DNA from: Malacoraja senta
Taxonomy: Eukaryota
Assembly (NCBI GenBank): GCA_038087875.1
Contig: JAXLNO010001025.1
Coordinates: 186,001-249,872 of the forward strand
DNA: 63,872 bases
Reading direction: 5' to 3'
The position numbers and the translations under genes were made by a program. Positions within the stretch are counted from its first letter, which is position 1, and the number at the start of each line of letters is the position of its first letter. Of the stretch, positions 11,649 to 24,215 are shown in pieces. The notes beneath the pieces are model-generated. The model worked only from the letters and a program-made list of their open reading frames with translations. It had not been told where the DNA came from and searched no databases.

Positions 11649-14600
11649 TACGATGAGGGATTACGTGAAGAGCCGCCCAGCACGCATGCGCGACATTCTT
11701 CAAAGCAGCGGTGTGGAATCACAGGAAACACAATAATTGAAATAAACATAGTAAAGAAAAGGAGAACTAAGATACCAGTTGATCTATAATTGAGGGTGGG
11801 AGCGGAGGGCACGTAATCCCTCATCGTAACTCCTCATAAAATACAGATTAAACTTCAACTGGTAAGTTCTCGTTTAATCTTACTATTTTACTTCGGAGTC
11901 ACGTGAGTGACTACGTGAAGATTTTAAAGCTCTGTGATTTCAAACCGTGTAACAGTTCATACTTCACTCGGCTGCCGAAGTCATCAAGGGAGGAAGTATG
12001 TTATGTTAATCAACCATAATCTGTTTGTAAACAATAAACAAAAGACAAAAATGCTCCCCCGCTTAAATTATATATTTTTGCAGATTTTAAAACTCTTTCT
12101 GCAATTAACACAGGTTCTGCTAGCGGCTTGTGGTAGAACGTTTGGAATGTTTTCTCCATGTTCATTCTTTTAACCGCCGATGTTGATGCTGCCCTGGTAG
12201 ATGTATATACATCAGTATCTACTCCAGCAGCTCCCAGTACCTGCTTGAGCCATCCTCAGAGATGGTTTGGCTCGACACCCAACCATGAGGTTTCTTGTGG
12301 CTGACCCATAAGGCTTTTTTATTTTTTTTATTTTTTTTTTCCTCTCCCTCGAGAATCTCTTGTTGTGTTGATGTAAGTGAATAAGTGAGTCATGACACAC
12401 AACCGTAGGTCAGGTGGGTATGCCCGGAAATCCATAACTAGGACTCAAGTTCTTGGCTTGCTCTGCTTTAGCAGCTCCTGAATGGTGAATGACCCGGTCT
12501 GGTGTTATAACCATGTTGTCCAGTCGCAGTAAGTGGAGGGACTGGACTCTTTGTTCTGAGACTAGTGGCATCAGCATGACCGTTTTCAGGGTTAGATTTT
12601 CCAGGGTGAGAGACCTGGCTGGGGACCATCCCCTTAGGTATGTCAGGACCACACTGACATCCCAGATTTGGGTATACCTAGGTCTAAGAGGGTTGGAGTT
12701 GACGATACTCCTCATGAGTTTGATCACCAGCGGGTGAGACCCTATGGCCTGTTGTCCTGGCACCTGTTTTAAGTAGGCTGACAGCGCACATCTGGCAGTA
12801 TTGATGGCACTGTAGCTCAATCCTTCATTATGGTGAAGGCCCCCCAGGAACTCAGTACATTTGTTATGGTTGCAGATGAGTACGTTGTCCCAGTAGTCGA
12901 GCAGTATCTTTCCCACTTCCTGATGCTCGATAGGTATTGTTTCCTGGTGGACATACGGTGTCATCATGTTGATGGTCCTGTCAGACAATCCCAGTCCCAG
13001 CAGTGGTCTTTTGATAATCTGCAAGCCAGTAGGTTAATTTTGTCATGGCATAGATGACTTATGCCTGATACAGGGTGCGTCAATAGGTCTGGGCTACTGG
13101 GAAAGGTCATAGGAGTTTCGATGACCATGTCGAGGACCACTGGGAACCATGGCTGTGTGGGCCAGTTGGTACTATCAAAATACCTGAAGCAGAGTCCATC
13201 TGTATTTTGTGTAGTACCCTACAGATTAAGGCAGAAGGGGGGAAAAGCATAGAAGAAATAGGTCCCCCAGTTCAGCGCGAATGCATCTATCGCTGCTGCC
13301 TCAGGGTGTGGTTCCCAGGGACATACATTGGTACGTGGTGATTTAGTCTGGATGCAAAGAGATCGATATCTGGTGTGCCATATTGGTTTGTAATTTTAGC
13401 AAAAGCTCTAGGATTTAACATCCATTCGGTGTTTATCATTGAATTTGCGTGACCTGGCACCGTATTTAGCTTACCTGGTAGGTAAGTTGCTGATAGCCAA
13501 ATATGTCTATCGACCCACCATTACCAGATTGTGTTGACCCAATTGTCACATGTACAGGGTCTTGGTGAGACCACACTGGAGTATTGCGTACAGTTTTGGT
13601 CTCCAAATCTGAGGAAGGACATTATAGCCATAGAGGGAGTGCAGAGAAGGTTCACCAGACTGATTCCTGGGATGTCAGGACTTTCATATGAAGAAAGACT
13701 GGATAGACTTGGCTTATACTCACTAGAATTTAGGAGATTGAGAGGGGATCTTATAGAAATGTACAAAGTTCTTATGGGGTTGGACAGGCTAGATGCAGGA
13801 AGATTGTTCCCGATGTTGGGGAAGTCCAGGACAAGGGGTCACAGCTTAAGGATAAGGGGAAATCCTTTAAGACCGAGATGAGGAAAAACTTTTTCACACA
13901 GAGAGTGGTGAATCTCTGGAACTCTCTGCCACAGAGGGTAGTTGAGGCCAGTTCATTGGCTATATTTAAGAGGGAGTTAGATGTGGCCCTTGTGGCTAAA
14001 GGGATCAGGGGGTATGGAGAGAAGGCAGGTACGGGACACTGAGTTGGATGATCAGCCATGATCATATTGAATGGCGGTGCAGGCTCGAAGGGCCGAATGG
14101 CCTACTGCTGCACCTACTTTCTATGTATCTATATCGATTTTATTCCGCCCATATGGTTAATATAGGCCACCACCGTGATATTATCAATTTGTAAATGAAC
14201 ATGCAAGTTGTGCATATTCCTAGAATATGCTTTAAAACCATAAAACGCACACAACATTTCCAAATAATTTATGCCCAGTGTTTGTAGTAAAGATGAGTCT
14301 AGGTTAGTCCATCTACCACCTGTGCTGGATATGGTATTAGTTGCTCCCCAGCCTTGAGCATTGGCATCTGTTTGTATAGTTAACGTTGGGTTATTGATGA
14401 TGATAGGGCTGGAACAATGCCAAATGTGTTATATCCACCATTGTAACTGATATTGCTTCAATGGGTAGTTTCATGGTTCGGTCAAAGTGACCTGCATGTC
14501 GTTTCAACGCCTGTACTTTTGCCCTTTATAGGTGCTGATAGTGCAGGAGTCCAAATTGTGTAGCTGAAAATTCAGCTACCATTTTGCCAATTACTCTTGC

Positions 14601-16969
14601 CACTTGTCGGATGGTTGGTCGATTGCTTACCATTAAATTGTTGCACGTCTGTGCCAATTCTGCTGCTTTACCTTTTGGCAACGTTACAGATATGTGGATT
14701 GAGTTAATTGTGAATCCCAGATAGTCCATAGTTGTGGATGGTGTCAACTTAGATTTATCTGGATGTATGACAAAACCCAGGGTTTCAAACAATTGTTTGG
14801 TAGCTAATACAGCTGATTTAGCCAACTCCATGGTTTTGCCTACTATTAGGATATCATCAAGATACGCCATGACAATATGTCTTTGTTTCGTTAATGTTGC
14901 CAAGGCTGGTTTTAATATCTAGGTAAATAGTCTAGGGCTGATGTCAACCCATTAGGCAACACTTTATACTGCCAAAGTTGCCCCATCCAGGTATATTTCA
15001 GGTATCTGCGATGACCCTTGTGAATGGGTACTGAATAGTAGGCATCTTTTAAATCAATGCTTGCCATAAAGTATCCTTTGGAAATCAGTTGTTTAGCAGT
15101 TACAAATGTTTCCATTTTGAAATATACATACTTAACAAAGGTATTTAGTGAGGTTAAGTCAATGATGATGCGACATCCACCATCTTTTTTGCTTATGGTA
15201 AATATATTTGAGACAAATTCCAAAGGTTCATGTTTGGATTTCTCAATGACAGCCTTTGTAAGTAACCTCACCAGTTCTGCTTGAGCCCCTAGTTCTCTTT
15301 GACTGAGATGGTAAAGACCCTTTGGGGTACGTGCTGAACTGGTGGCATGATTTCTTGAATGAACTCTATTTTGTATCCCCAAATACTGTTAAGTATATAA
15401 CTATCATTCGTGAGACACCTCCATGCTTCAATGAACAGGTGTAATCTCCCCCCTGTCAGTACAGTTCCCCCATTTTTACATGCTGGTAGGAACCATACCC
15501 ACCTACCTCCATAGTTATGGTAGTGTTCCTTCTTCCGTTTGTTCATCCGTCGTAGTACTGCTGGATGTACCGCTGATTGGGGGTGGCGCATTTTCCATGG
15601 GGTCCGCTCTGGGCCCTGGCCTAAAAAGGCTTTCGGGGATAATATGCGGACCCCGAGCTTTCACCAGTTCCATAAATTTGACCTCGACTGGTGGACGCGG
15701 TGGGGTACTGCCGTCTGTTTTTTTTGTGTGGGTCTGCTCGTTCCGGGGCCTGCCCTCATGAGGCCAAGTGCTTTGGACTCTCCTCCAGGTCTTTCACTTG
15801 CCCTTCCAAATAACAGGATCTGCGGCTCTGAGGCCGGTGTTTTACACAGTCCTGCAAACCTTGGATTGAGGGCAGGTCTTATTCGCTCCTTGCGGAGGTT
15901 GTTTATCTCATATTGGGTGTTGCACAGCAGAGCCAGAGTGTCTTGCTGGTTTGTGGTCATATCCACCCCATCCACGGAACGAGCATAGGCTGTTATCCCT
16001 GTCGTCAGGAGCTTGAGGATTTTAGCTCCTGGTTCCGGATACTCTGTCCCACATGCCCCCCCCCCCCCAGATTTGGCTGTTAACAGCCGGTACATTGAGC
16101 GAACTGCAGTTTTCCAGCTCTCGTGCCTCATTAAGTACCTGTCTTGTAGGGGTTTGAGGGACAGGTGGTTGATGCTGGCCGCCAGTTTTGGCTCGAATGG
16201 CCGCCCTGCTCGTGGTGTAACCACGTAGCGATTCACCACACCCAGCAGCTCTTCCTGATCCTGTACCCCAAGCGTACTCCCGACATCTTCAGCCAATGAC
16301 CCCTGATCGTGACCAGCCCAGCCCTGGTCGCCAATGCTGCCCTCATCTGAGGGGGAAGCAATGGCCAGTGCATTATAACGCACTGCTGTGGGAGTGCCTG
16401 ATTCCCCCTGTGCGAGACTGCTCCAGCTCCCGAAGCAAGTCTCGCTAGAGCGGTTGCTCCATGAGCCTTTCCATTCGGCTCAGGCGGCTAGCTCTGCCGC
16501 TCTCAGGCAGACCCTCCTCATCGGAGTCAGACATAACCGGCCGGTCTGTTTTTTTGTTTTTTTGTCTCGCTTTTCCTCCAGCCCGCTGCCGCTCCTCAGG
16601 CTGCGCTAGCGGTACTGGGCTCGGCTCGGTCTCGATGAGGGTGTGCCGCAGCATATGCGGTCCAGGTGCCGCCTCTCGCCCCCCACTGATGGGACACTCC
16701 CGTTCTGTTGGAGTCGAACGGGGGGCGGTTTTCACCTTTGCCGTGCTACTCATTTTTCCAGATCCCCTGGAATACAGAGCAGAGCACAGCTTGCTAATTA
16801 CGACCTCAGAGTAAGACTTACCTGATGGTCCGCTGTTTATTTTCCACCGACGTGTAGCGTGAGCGCCTGTACTCCCGGTCGTCGCTGTTGCACTGCGTGA
16901 ACGCTAATGTCGCGCATGCGTGCTGGGCGGGCTCTTCACGTAGTCACTCACGTGACTCCGAAGTAAAAT
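11649..16969 (-). mobile_element. DIRS1-like tyrosine-recombinase retrotransposon, copy A (3' terminus truncated, CR1 inserted)
   Basis: Minus-strand order gag-like (15661-16753), RT (14526-15382; IDLKDAY, YLDD), RNase H, Dam-like MTase (DIDLFASRL...YAFPPF, about 13060-13420) and partial YR (12410-13024). ITR pair at about 11660-11697 and 16905-16942; ICR at about 11810-11920. Confidence 0.93.
13553..14130 (+). mobile_element. Young 5'-truncated CR1 inserted into DIRS copy A
   Basis: Very similar to 44917-45495. DIRS sequence resumes on both sides (gtcacatg / atatcgat). Confidence 0.92.
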
Positions 16970-17378
16970 CTGGAATTTAGAAGGATGAGAGAGGGTCTTA
17001 TTGAAACATATAAGATTATTAAGGGTTTGGACACGCTAGAGGCAGGAAATATGTTCCTGCTGTTGAGGGAGTCCAGAACCAGGGGCCACAGTTTAAGAAT
17101 AATGGGTAAGGCATTTAGAACGGGATGAGGGAACACTTTTTCACCCAGAGAGTTGTGAGTCTGTGGAATTCTCTGCCTCAGAGGGTGGTGGAGGCCGGTT
17201 CTCTGGAGACTTTCAAGAGAGAGCTAGATAGGGCTCTTAAAGATAGTGGAGTCAGGGGATATGGGGAGAAAGCAGGAACGGGATACTGATTGTGGATGAT
17301 CAGCCATTATCACAGCGAATGGCAGTGTTGGCTCGAAGGGCCGAATGGTCTACTCCTGCACCTATTGTCTATTGTCTA
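16970..17378 (+). mobile_element. CR1 3' fragment flanking the 5' end of DIRS copy A
   Basis: ctggaatttagaaggatgagag...ctattgtctattgtcta tail. Confidence 0.9.
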
Positions 17379-17624
17379 TCCTTCCTGAGCGGTGCTGCCC
17401 AGAATCACACCCAGAGCTCCAGATGTGGAGCTCTATTATACAGCAGCATAAAGCCCACCCCCTTTGTATCCCAGCGTTTCCCATCAACTGAGGCACGTTA
17501 AGAGCATTGGTTTAAATTCAAGCTCAGGATTAATCCAAACCTACCAGTGGTCTCTCAACACAAAGCAAACCTTCCTGCTTTGCTCTTGAGCCCAATGCAA
17601 TTGGTCATTTCCTTATGGAATCAC

Positions 17625-19425
17625 TGTCTGTCAGCTGGCGTGCATATTTCCGAAGATCTTTCCTGGTCCCAGCACACTGATGCCATCATAAAGAAGGCAC
17701 ATCAGCACCTCTACTTCCTGAGAAGATTACGGTGAGTCGGTTTGTCAAGGAGGACTCTCGAACTTCTACAGGTACACAGTAGAGAGCATACTGACTGGTT
17801 GCATCGTGGCTTTGTTCGTTAACCTCGTCTATGGTGTCTATATACCATAGACCATATATATATACACATAAATAAACAGATAAAGTGCAATAGGCTGTTA
17901 TTGTTCAGAGTTTGTTTGATGGCATGTTTAATCGCCTGATGGCTGCGAGGAGGAAGCTGTTCCTGAAGCTGGATGTTCCAGATTTCAAGCTCCTGTACCT
18001 TCTTCCCGATGGCAACAGAGAGATGAGTGTGTGGCCAGGATGGTTTGGGTCTTTAATGATGTTGGCAGCCTTTTTGAGGCAGTGACTGCGATAGATCCCT
18101 TCGATGGTGGTGAGGTCAGAGTCGATGATGGACTGGGCAGTGGTCACAACTTTCTGCATTCTTTTCCACTCCTGGACTTTCAAGTTGCCGAACCAAGCCA
18201 CAATGCAGCCAGTCAGTAATTCTCTCTACTGTGCACCTGTAGAAGTTTGAGGGAGTCCTCCTTGACATACCAATTCTCCGTAATCATCTCAGGAAGTAGA
18301 GGCGTTGATGTGCCTTCTTTATAGAAATATAGAAACATAGAACATCAGAAAATAGGTGCAGGAGGAGGCCACTCGGCCCTTCGAGCCAGCACCGCCATTC
18401 ATTGCGATCATGGCTGATCGTCCCCAATCAATAACCCGTGCCTGCCTTCTCCCCATATCCCTTGATTCCACTAGCCCCTAGAGCTCTATCTAACTCTCTC
18501 TTAAATCCAGCCACTGATTTGGCCTCCACTGCCCTCTGTGGCAGGAAATTCCACAAGTTCACAACTCTCTGGGTGAAAAAGGTTTTTCTCACCTCAGTCT
18601 TAAATGGCCTCCCCTTTATTCTAAGACTGTGAAACCTGGTTCTGGACTCGCCCAACATAGGGACATTTTTCCTGCATCTAGCTTGTCCAGTTCTTTTATA
18701 ATTTTATATGTTTCTATAAGTTCCCCCCTCATCCTTCTAAACTCCAGTGAATACAAGCCTAGTCTTTTTAATCTTTCCTCATATGACAGTCCCGCCATCC
18801 CAGGGATCAATCTCGTGAACTTACGCTGCACTGCCTCAATCACAAGGATGTCCTTCCTCAAATTAGGAGACCAAAACTGTACGCAATACTCCAGATGTGG
18901 CCTTAACAGAGCCCTATACAACTGCAGAAGAACCTCTCTACTCCTATACTGAAATCCTCTTGTTATGAAGGCCAACATTCCATTAACTTTCTTCACTGCC
19001 TGCTGTACCTGCACGCCAATCTTCAGTGACCGGTGTACAAGGACACCCAGGTCTCGCTGTACCTCCCCCTTCCCGAACCTAACCCCATTGAGATAACAAT
19101 CTGCCCCCTTGTTTTTGCCACCAAAGTGGATAACCTCACATTTATCTATATTATACTGCATCTGCCACGCATCTGCCCACTCACTCAACCTGTCCAGGTC
19201 ACTCTGCAACCTCCTAACATCCTCTTCACAGTTCACACTGCCACCCAGCTTTGTGTCATCCGCAAACTTGCCAGTGTTGCTCCTAATTCCCTCTTCCAAA
19301 TCATTAATATATGTGGTAAACAGTTGCGGCCCCAACACCAAGCCTTGCGGCACTCCACTCGCCACTGCCTGCCATTCTGAAAAGGACCTATAATTGCATC
19401 AGTGTGCTGGGACGAGGAAAGATCT
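17625..19425 (-). mobile_element. Rex1/Babar fragments: plus-strand piece at 17625-17825 and a minus-strand copy at 17830-18322 plus 19389-19425, split by a CR1 insertion
   Basis: ORF 17905-18201 LLPSGRRYRS. The minus copy rejoins as gccttctttataattgc when the CR1 is removed. Confidence 0.8.
18323..19388 (-). mobile_element. CR1 LINE 3' 1.07 kb nested in Rex1
   Basis: ORF 18616-19365 VPQGLVLGPQLF...FADDTKL...RPHLEY, with the CR1 tail at 18323-18430. Confidence 0.93.
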
Positions 19426-19734
19426 TGTTATAATATGGCAGAAACTCTCCTCTGTACTGATCTGTGCTGCATCTGCTATGTAGTGCTGATGGGAAAGTGT
19501 TCAGGACCCTTTACAAATAATCTGCTCCAATGTGATAACTGTGTTCTGAAGAAGCTTCATGTTGTACAAAATCACTTTGTAAAGACAATGATACCAATGG
19601 GGGAAAGGAGGCTTTGGGCTAGAGTGTTTCAGACTCGCAATGAGAAAGTTACTTTTCCGACAGGATTTTAAATCTAAAGGTATTTTCAATACCAATGACT
19701 TTTCTTTTGTTACTTCAAACTAAAAATACTAAAG

Positions 19735-20700
19735 GCCGCGCTAAAAAAATAAAGTGCTGGAGTAACAATGGGTCAGGCAGCTTCTCTGGAGAACATGGTC
19801 GTGATGTTTCAGGTTGGGATTCTTCTTCATTGATTGTGGTGGTGGTGGGGAGGGGGGGAGAACAAAACCTGGCAAGTGATAGGTGGATAGAGGTGAGGGG
19901 GAGTATTGATAGGAATTGCAGATGCTAGTTTACACCGAAATAGGCACAAAATGCTGGAGTAACACAGCGGGTCTGATAGCATCTCTGGAGAAAAGGAATA
20001 GATGACATTTTGGGTCAAGACCCTTCTTCAGACTGAGTCAGGGGAAAGGGAAACTACGGGTACAAAAAGGTACAGAACAAATGAGAGCCATCATTGATGA
20101 CTCGGGAAAGGTAGAGCCCACAATGGTCCATTGTTGGCTGTGGATGAAGTGATAACGAAGGGGTACGAACCATGAAACTAGCAAGTTGTCTCGGGTTGTG
20201 GAGGGAGGGAGTGATAGGGATTGCATTGGACCCCGACAGTCCTCTTAGGTGAGGCAGAGGTTCACGCACCTCCTCCAACCTCCAATGTATCGGCGAGACT
20301 AAGCACAGACTGGGCGATCATTTTGCTGACACACCTAGGCTCAGTCTGCCTTGGCCTACGAGACCTACCAGTTTCCAAAGATGTTAACTCCTCTTCCCAT
20401 TCCCACACTGACCTTTCCGTCCTGTGCCTCCTCCACTGTCAGGCTGAGGCCACATGCACATTGCAGAACTAGCACCTCATATTTTGCTTGGGCAGCTTAC
20501 AACCCAGCGGTATGAATATTCATTTCTCCAACATCAAGTAACCCTTGCAATCCCTCTCTCGCCTCTCTCCTCAGACTGAAGAAGGGTCCCAAGCTGAAAC
20601 GTCCCCTACCCATTTTCCCCAGAGATGCTGCCTGACCTGTTGAGCTACTCCAGCATTTTTGTGTCGATCTTTGGTACAAACCAGCATCTGCAGATCATTT
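19735..20700. mobile_element. Penelope-like retroelement relics in inverted arrangement, including a GIY-YIG fragment
   Basis: Plus-strand YIGETKHRLGDHF...DLPVSKDVNSSSHSHTDLSVL-like translation at about 20285-20470. ctgaagaagggtc..gaccc.gaaacgtc termini on both strands. Confidence 0.75.
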
Positions 20701-21654
20701 TTATTATATTCTATAACACAATATCATGATTGCTAATGGCAGACAAATTGAACCTGCAGAAACCAAATAAACCCATTGAACAAATCAACACCTCACAATA
20801 CCACCCCTGGGCCACAGACTGCCACATGTTTCTCTGGGCTTTAAGAGGAGGGAGATCCACTTCATTACATTAACTTGCATTACATTTCATTACATTAACA
20901 TTTGCATTAACTTGGATGAAAACTTCATGAGGTATCAAAGACAGCCATTGATTTACTTGAATCGCAGCAACCATTTGTTATTAATAACTGCCAGATGTCT
21001 GAAACTCTGATAACATTCAGACCCAGTCCTTCTACTTACACTTCCTCTCAGGTTGCACAGGCAGGTTTAATTTGAGCAGGGGGCCCTCCCAGCAGAGCTG
21101 TTACTACAAAGAATAAACACACTGTTTTACATATGAAAAAATAATTCTGATGCTGTGTTTTGTACCAACAGGTTCATGTTTACCCCACGAAATGGGGCTG
21201 AAAGAATCAAAACCAATGGGCAATGAAGACCCTCTCCACATTTCAGTAAATTTGCCACATTTAGAAACGGGTTCAAAGTGCTGGTGATTGTCACTGATCA
21301 TGATTACACTGATTAAGTAATGGGAACGAGCTGTCCAGACGTACGTACACCTGCATTTTAGGTTCTGATGGAGCTGAGAGACTCCCATCAGCAACTTATT
21401 CTGTGTTTGCTCAAGCTGATCATAGAGATCCACCCTGATGACTGTAGTTAAAGTGATTGGGTAGATGGGCATTGGCAGCATCAAAGCAATAAACTAAGGA
21501 CAAACTAAAAAGTTGCACGAGCTGCCTTTAAAACATTACAAAAAGCCGTGGGCAGAATCCCTGTAAAACGTGTTTGAGCTGATGTTTGCTGATGAGAACC
21601 AAGGCTGCTCAGTGAATCAGGTTTAAGACTGAAGCAGCAAATGGGCCACAATCA

Positions 21655-22087
21655 ATAGACAATAGACATTAGACAATAGACAATAGGTGCAGGAGTAGGC
21701 CATTCGGCCATTCAATGTGATCATGGCTGATCATCCCAAATCAGTACCCCATTCCTGCCTTCTCCCCATATCCCCTGACTCCGCTTTCTTTAAGAACCCT
21801 ATCTAGCTCTCTCTTGAAAGTATCCAGAGAACCGGCCTCCACCGCCCACCGGCAGCGAATTCCACAGACTCACAACTCTCTGTGTGATAAAGTGTTTCCT
21901 CATCTCCGTTCTAAATATCTTACCCCTTATTCTTAAACTGTGGCCCCTGGTTCTGGCCCCAACATCGGGAACATGTTCCCTGCCTCTATCGTGTCCAAAC
22001 CCTTAATAATCTTATATGTTTCAATAAGATACCCTCTCATCCTTCTAAACTCCAGAGTGTACAAGCCCAGCCGCTCCATGCTCTCAG
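21655..22087 (-). mobile_element. CR1 3' fragment
   Basis: (tagacaa)n tail plus LGLYTLEFRRMRG on the minus strand. Confidence 0.9.
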
Positions 22088-22139
22088 CGGAGGCGCTGGG
22101 GGAGAACATGAAGCAGTGAGTGGCGGCGGGAGAGGAGGG

Positions 22140-23025
22140 TCGGAACTGCGTCTGGGTTGTCAATGTGATCACTGGCGAGGGTCTGGATGGGGAGTAAGAG
22201 GGGGAGGAGAGAGAGGGTAGGAGGAGGGGGATGGAGGAGAAGGGGGGAGTGGGAGTAAGAGGGAAGAGGGAGGATGAAGGGAGAGGGAGGGGGAGAGAGA
22301 AGGGTGAGAGATGAGAGGGGGAGGGAGGATGGGAGAGGGAGAGGATAGGGTGGAGAATGAAGGGGAAGGAGGCGTGAGGCTGGGAAAGAGACAGGGGAGT
22401 GGATGGAGGGAGAATGGGTTGGGGAGAGGGGGTAGAGGGTGGGGGAGGTGGAGGTAGAGGCAGAGGCAGGAAGGCGTAGTGGGAGTGAGGAGTGAGAGGA
22501 AGGGGTAAAGTGGACACATGGGTGAGGGAGTAGGGTTGAATGGGAGGGGAGGGGGAGAGAGGGATTAGGAGAAGGAAGGTGAAAGAAGGGAGGAGTGCTG
22601 GGGAGGGGATGGGGGAGTGTGGGAAGGGGTTGGGAAGTGTGGAAGGTGGTGGAAAAGGGATAGTGGGAGAGGGAGAAGTAAGGTTGGGAGGGGGATATAG
22701 CAGGAGGGGGGTCAGAAAGAGGTGGAAAGGGGGTAGAAGGAGCTCGGAGGGCATAGAAGGAGAAGGATGAAAGGATGGAAAAGGAGAAATAGGTTGGTGT
22801 GGGGGATAGAGGGAGAGGAAGGAGTTGCCGGGCAAAGGGTGGAGGGCGTAGACAGAGGGCCGAAGGAGGAAAGGGGGGTGGAAGGAGACAGAGAGGGTGG
22901 AGCAAGGGATAGGGACTGAGAGGGGTAGATGGAGAAGAACAGATATGGGCTAAAGATGTTAAAGGGAGTGGGGTTAGAGAGAGGAAGCGGCAGTGGGAGG
23001 GGTAGAGAGGGGGGGATCCACGTCA
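22140..23025. repeat. About 0.9 kb purine-rich (GA/GGA) low-complexity tract
   Basis: Direct inspection. It is the source of the spurious Pro-rich ORFs. Confidence 0.9.
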
Positions 23026-23289
23026 GTGCCGTGGGTTCTGAGGTGGCTGATGAGGCCACTAACTGATCCCCGGGTAGCATTGTTGGGTAGTTTGTCAGCT
23101 GTCATTTGTGATCTGCACAGGCAAAGGGACCAAGGTTGTGCACACCATCCCGGCTGCTTCTCCGTTTGGAGAGGCCGTTGGCCAGAGGTTCCCAGGACTC
23201 AGTGGCATGGGAATGTTGGGTTGCTTCAAAGACCCTTTGAGAACATCCATAAATCTTTGCTTTGTAATTGTCTACCGTGTTAGAACTCA

Positions 23290-23600
23290 CAATAGCATGT
23301 TTGAGAGTTGGAGGGATGGCAGGCTGGTTTGTGTGATAAACTGTGCTGTGATCATAACTCTCTGCAATGTCTTGCTGTCTCGGGCAGAGAAACAAGCTTT
23401 GATGTGTTCAGATAGAATGCTCTCTATAATTGAAATTAATAAGAGTCATTGGAGATGTGCCCATTTTACCTACCCTTCTGAAGAAGTAAAGGCATTAGTG
23501 CTTTCTTGGCTGTAGTGTCAATGTGGTTGAATCAGGACAAATTTACACATGGAAACTTGAAGATCTTGACCATATCCACTTCAGCACCATTGATACAGAC
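23290..23600 (-). mobile_element. Old Rex1/Babar RT fragment
   Basis: Minus-strand translation resembles INGAEVDMVKIFKF...TAKKA..LYFFRR...IESIL. Confidence 0.6.
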
Positions 23601-23605
23601 TAGAG

Positions 23606-23810
23606 CAGGGGTTCCCAACCTTTTTGTCCTGTTTACCCCAGGCAACTTTAATAGCACATAACAATGTTATTTCAATTATGAGTGAACAACTAATGATGAA
23701 CCAAAACCAAACACAGTCAGTCAATGAGATAAAATATGTACAAATCCAGAATCAACAAATTTATTCCCTGGGTTGGCAAAATGTACCCCCTGGGTAAATT
23801 ACCAAGCCCT
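23606..23810 (+). mobile_element. hAT-Charlie-like non-autonomous relic
   Basis: Begins CAGGGGTTCCCAACCT. Distal TIR is degenerate. Confidence 0.55.
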
Positions 23811-24064
23811 GTATCTCCATCTTGTACTCGGCTTCGTCATTGTTTGCAATAAGTTCATTAGTTGTAGGAGCGGAATTCGGCCCATCAAGTCTACCCCGCC
23901 TTTCAGTCGTGGCTGATCTATCTTTCCCTCTCTACCCCCTTCTCCTGCCTTCTCCCAATAACCCCTGACACCGGTACTAATCAAGCACCTATGAATCTCC
24001 TCTTTAAAATATCCATTGACGGCCTCCACAGCCGTCTGTGGCAATGAATTTCACAGATTCTCTG

Positions 24065-24215
24065 GCACACTTGCAGACAGTGGTCAGATGTCGTGGGACT
24101 TTGTCCAAGCCAAGGACAATGTGGCTGGTTATTGCACAAATGGAACATGCATGATGCAGAAGCATGCAGTTGTGGCCTCAAGTCCAACACCATAAGGCAC
24201 AGCACGGCCTGCAGG
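24065..24215 (+). mobile_element. Vingi/Ingi-like LINE C-terminal relic
   Basis: Translation GQCGWLLHKWNMHDAEACSCG...TIRH resembles the C-terminal Cys/His motif of Ingi/Vingi-type ORFs. Confidence 0.45.

Noticed and set aside
21172-21450. Possible plus-strand two-exon reading ending VLMELRDSHQQLILCLLKLIIEIHPDDCS* with a nearby AATAAA
   Set aside because: The donor is weak and it overlaps a better supported minus-strand exon.
21933-22905. Long Pro/Ser/Leu-rich ORFs (300 and 273 aa); similar ORFs at 8786-9647, 28468-29212, 43109-43571 and 46645-47072
   Set aside because: They are translations of GA-, TG- or C-rich low-complexity DNA with no splice or domain support.
23108-23515. 135-aa plus-strand ORF
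   Set aside because: It is largely the antisense frame of an old Rex1 fragment.
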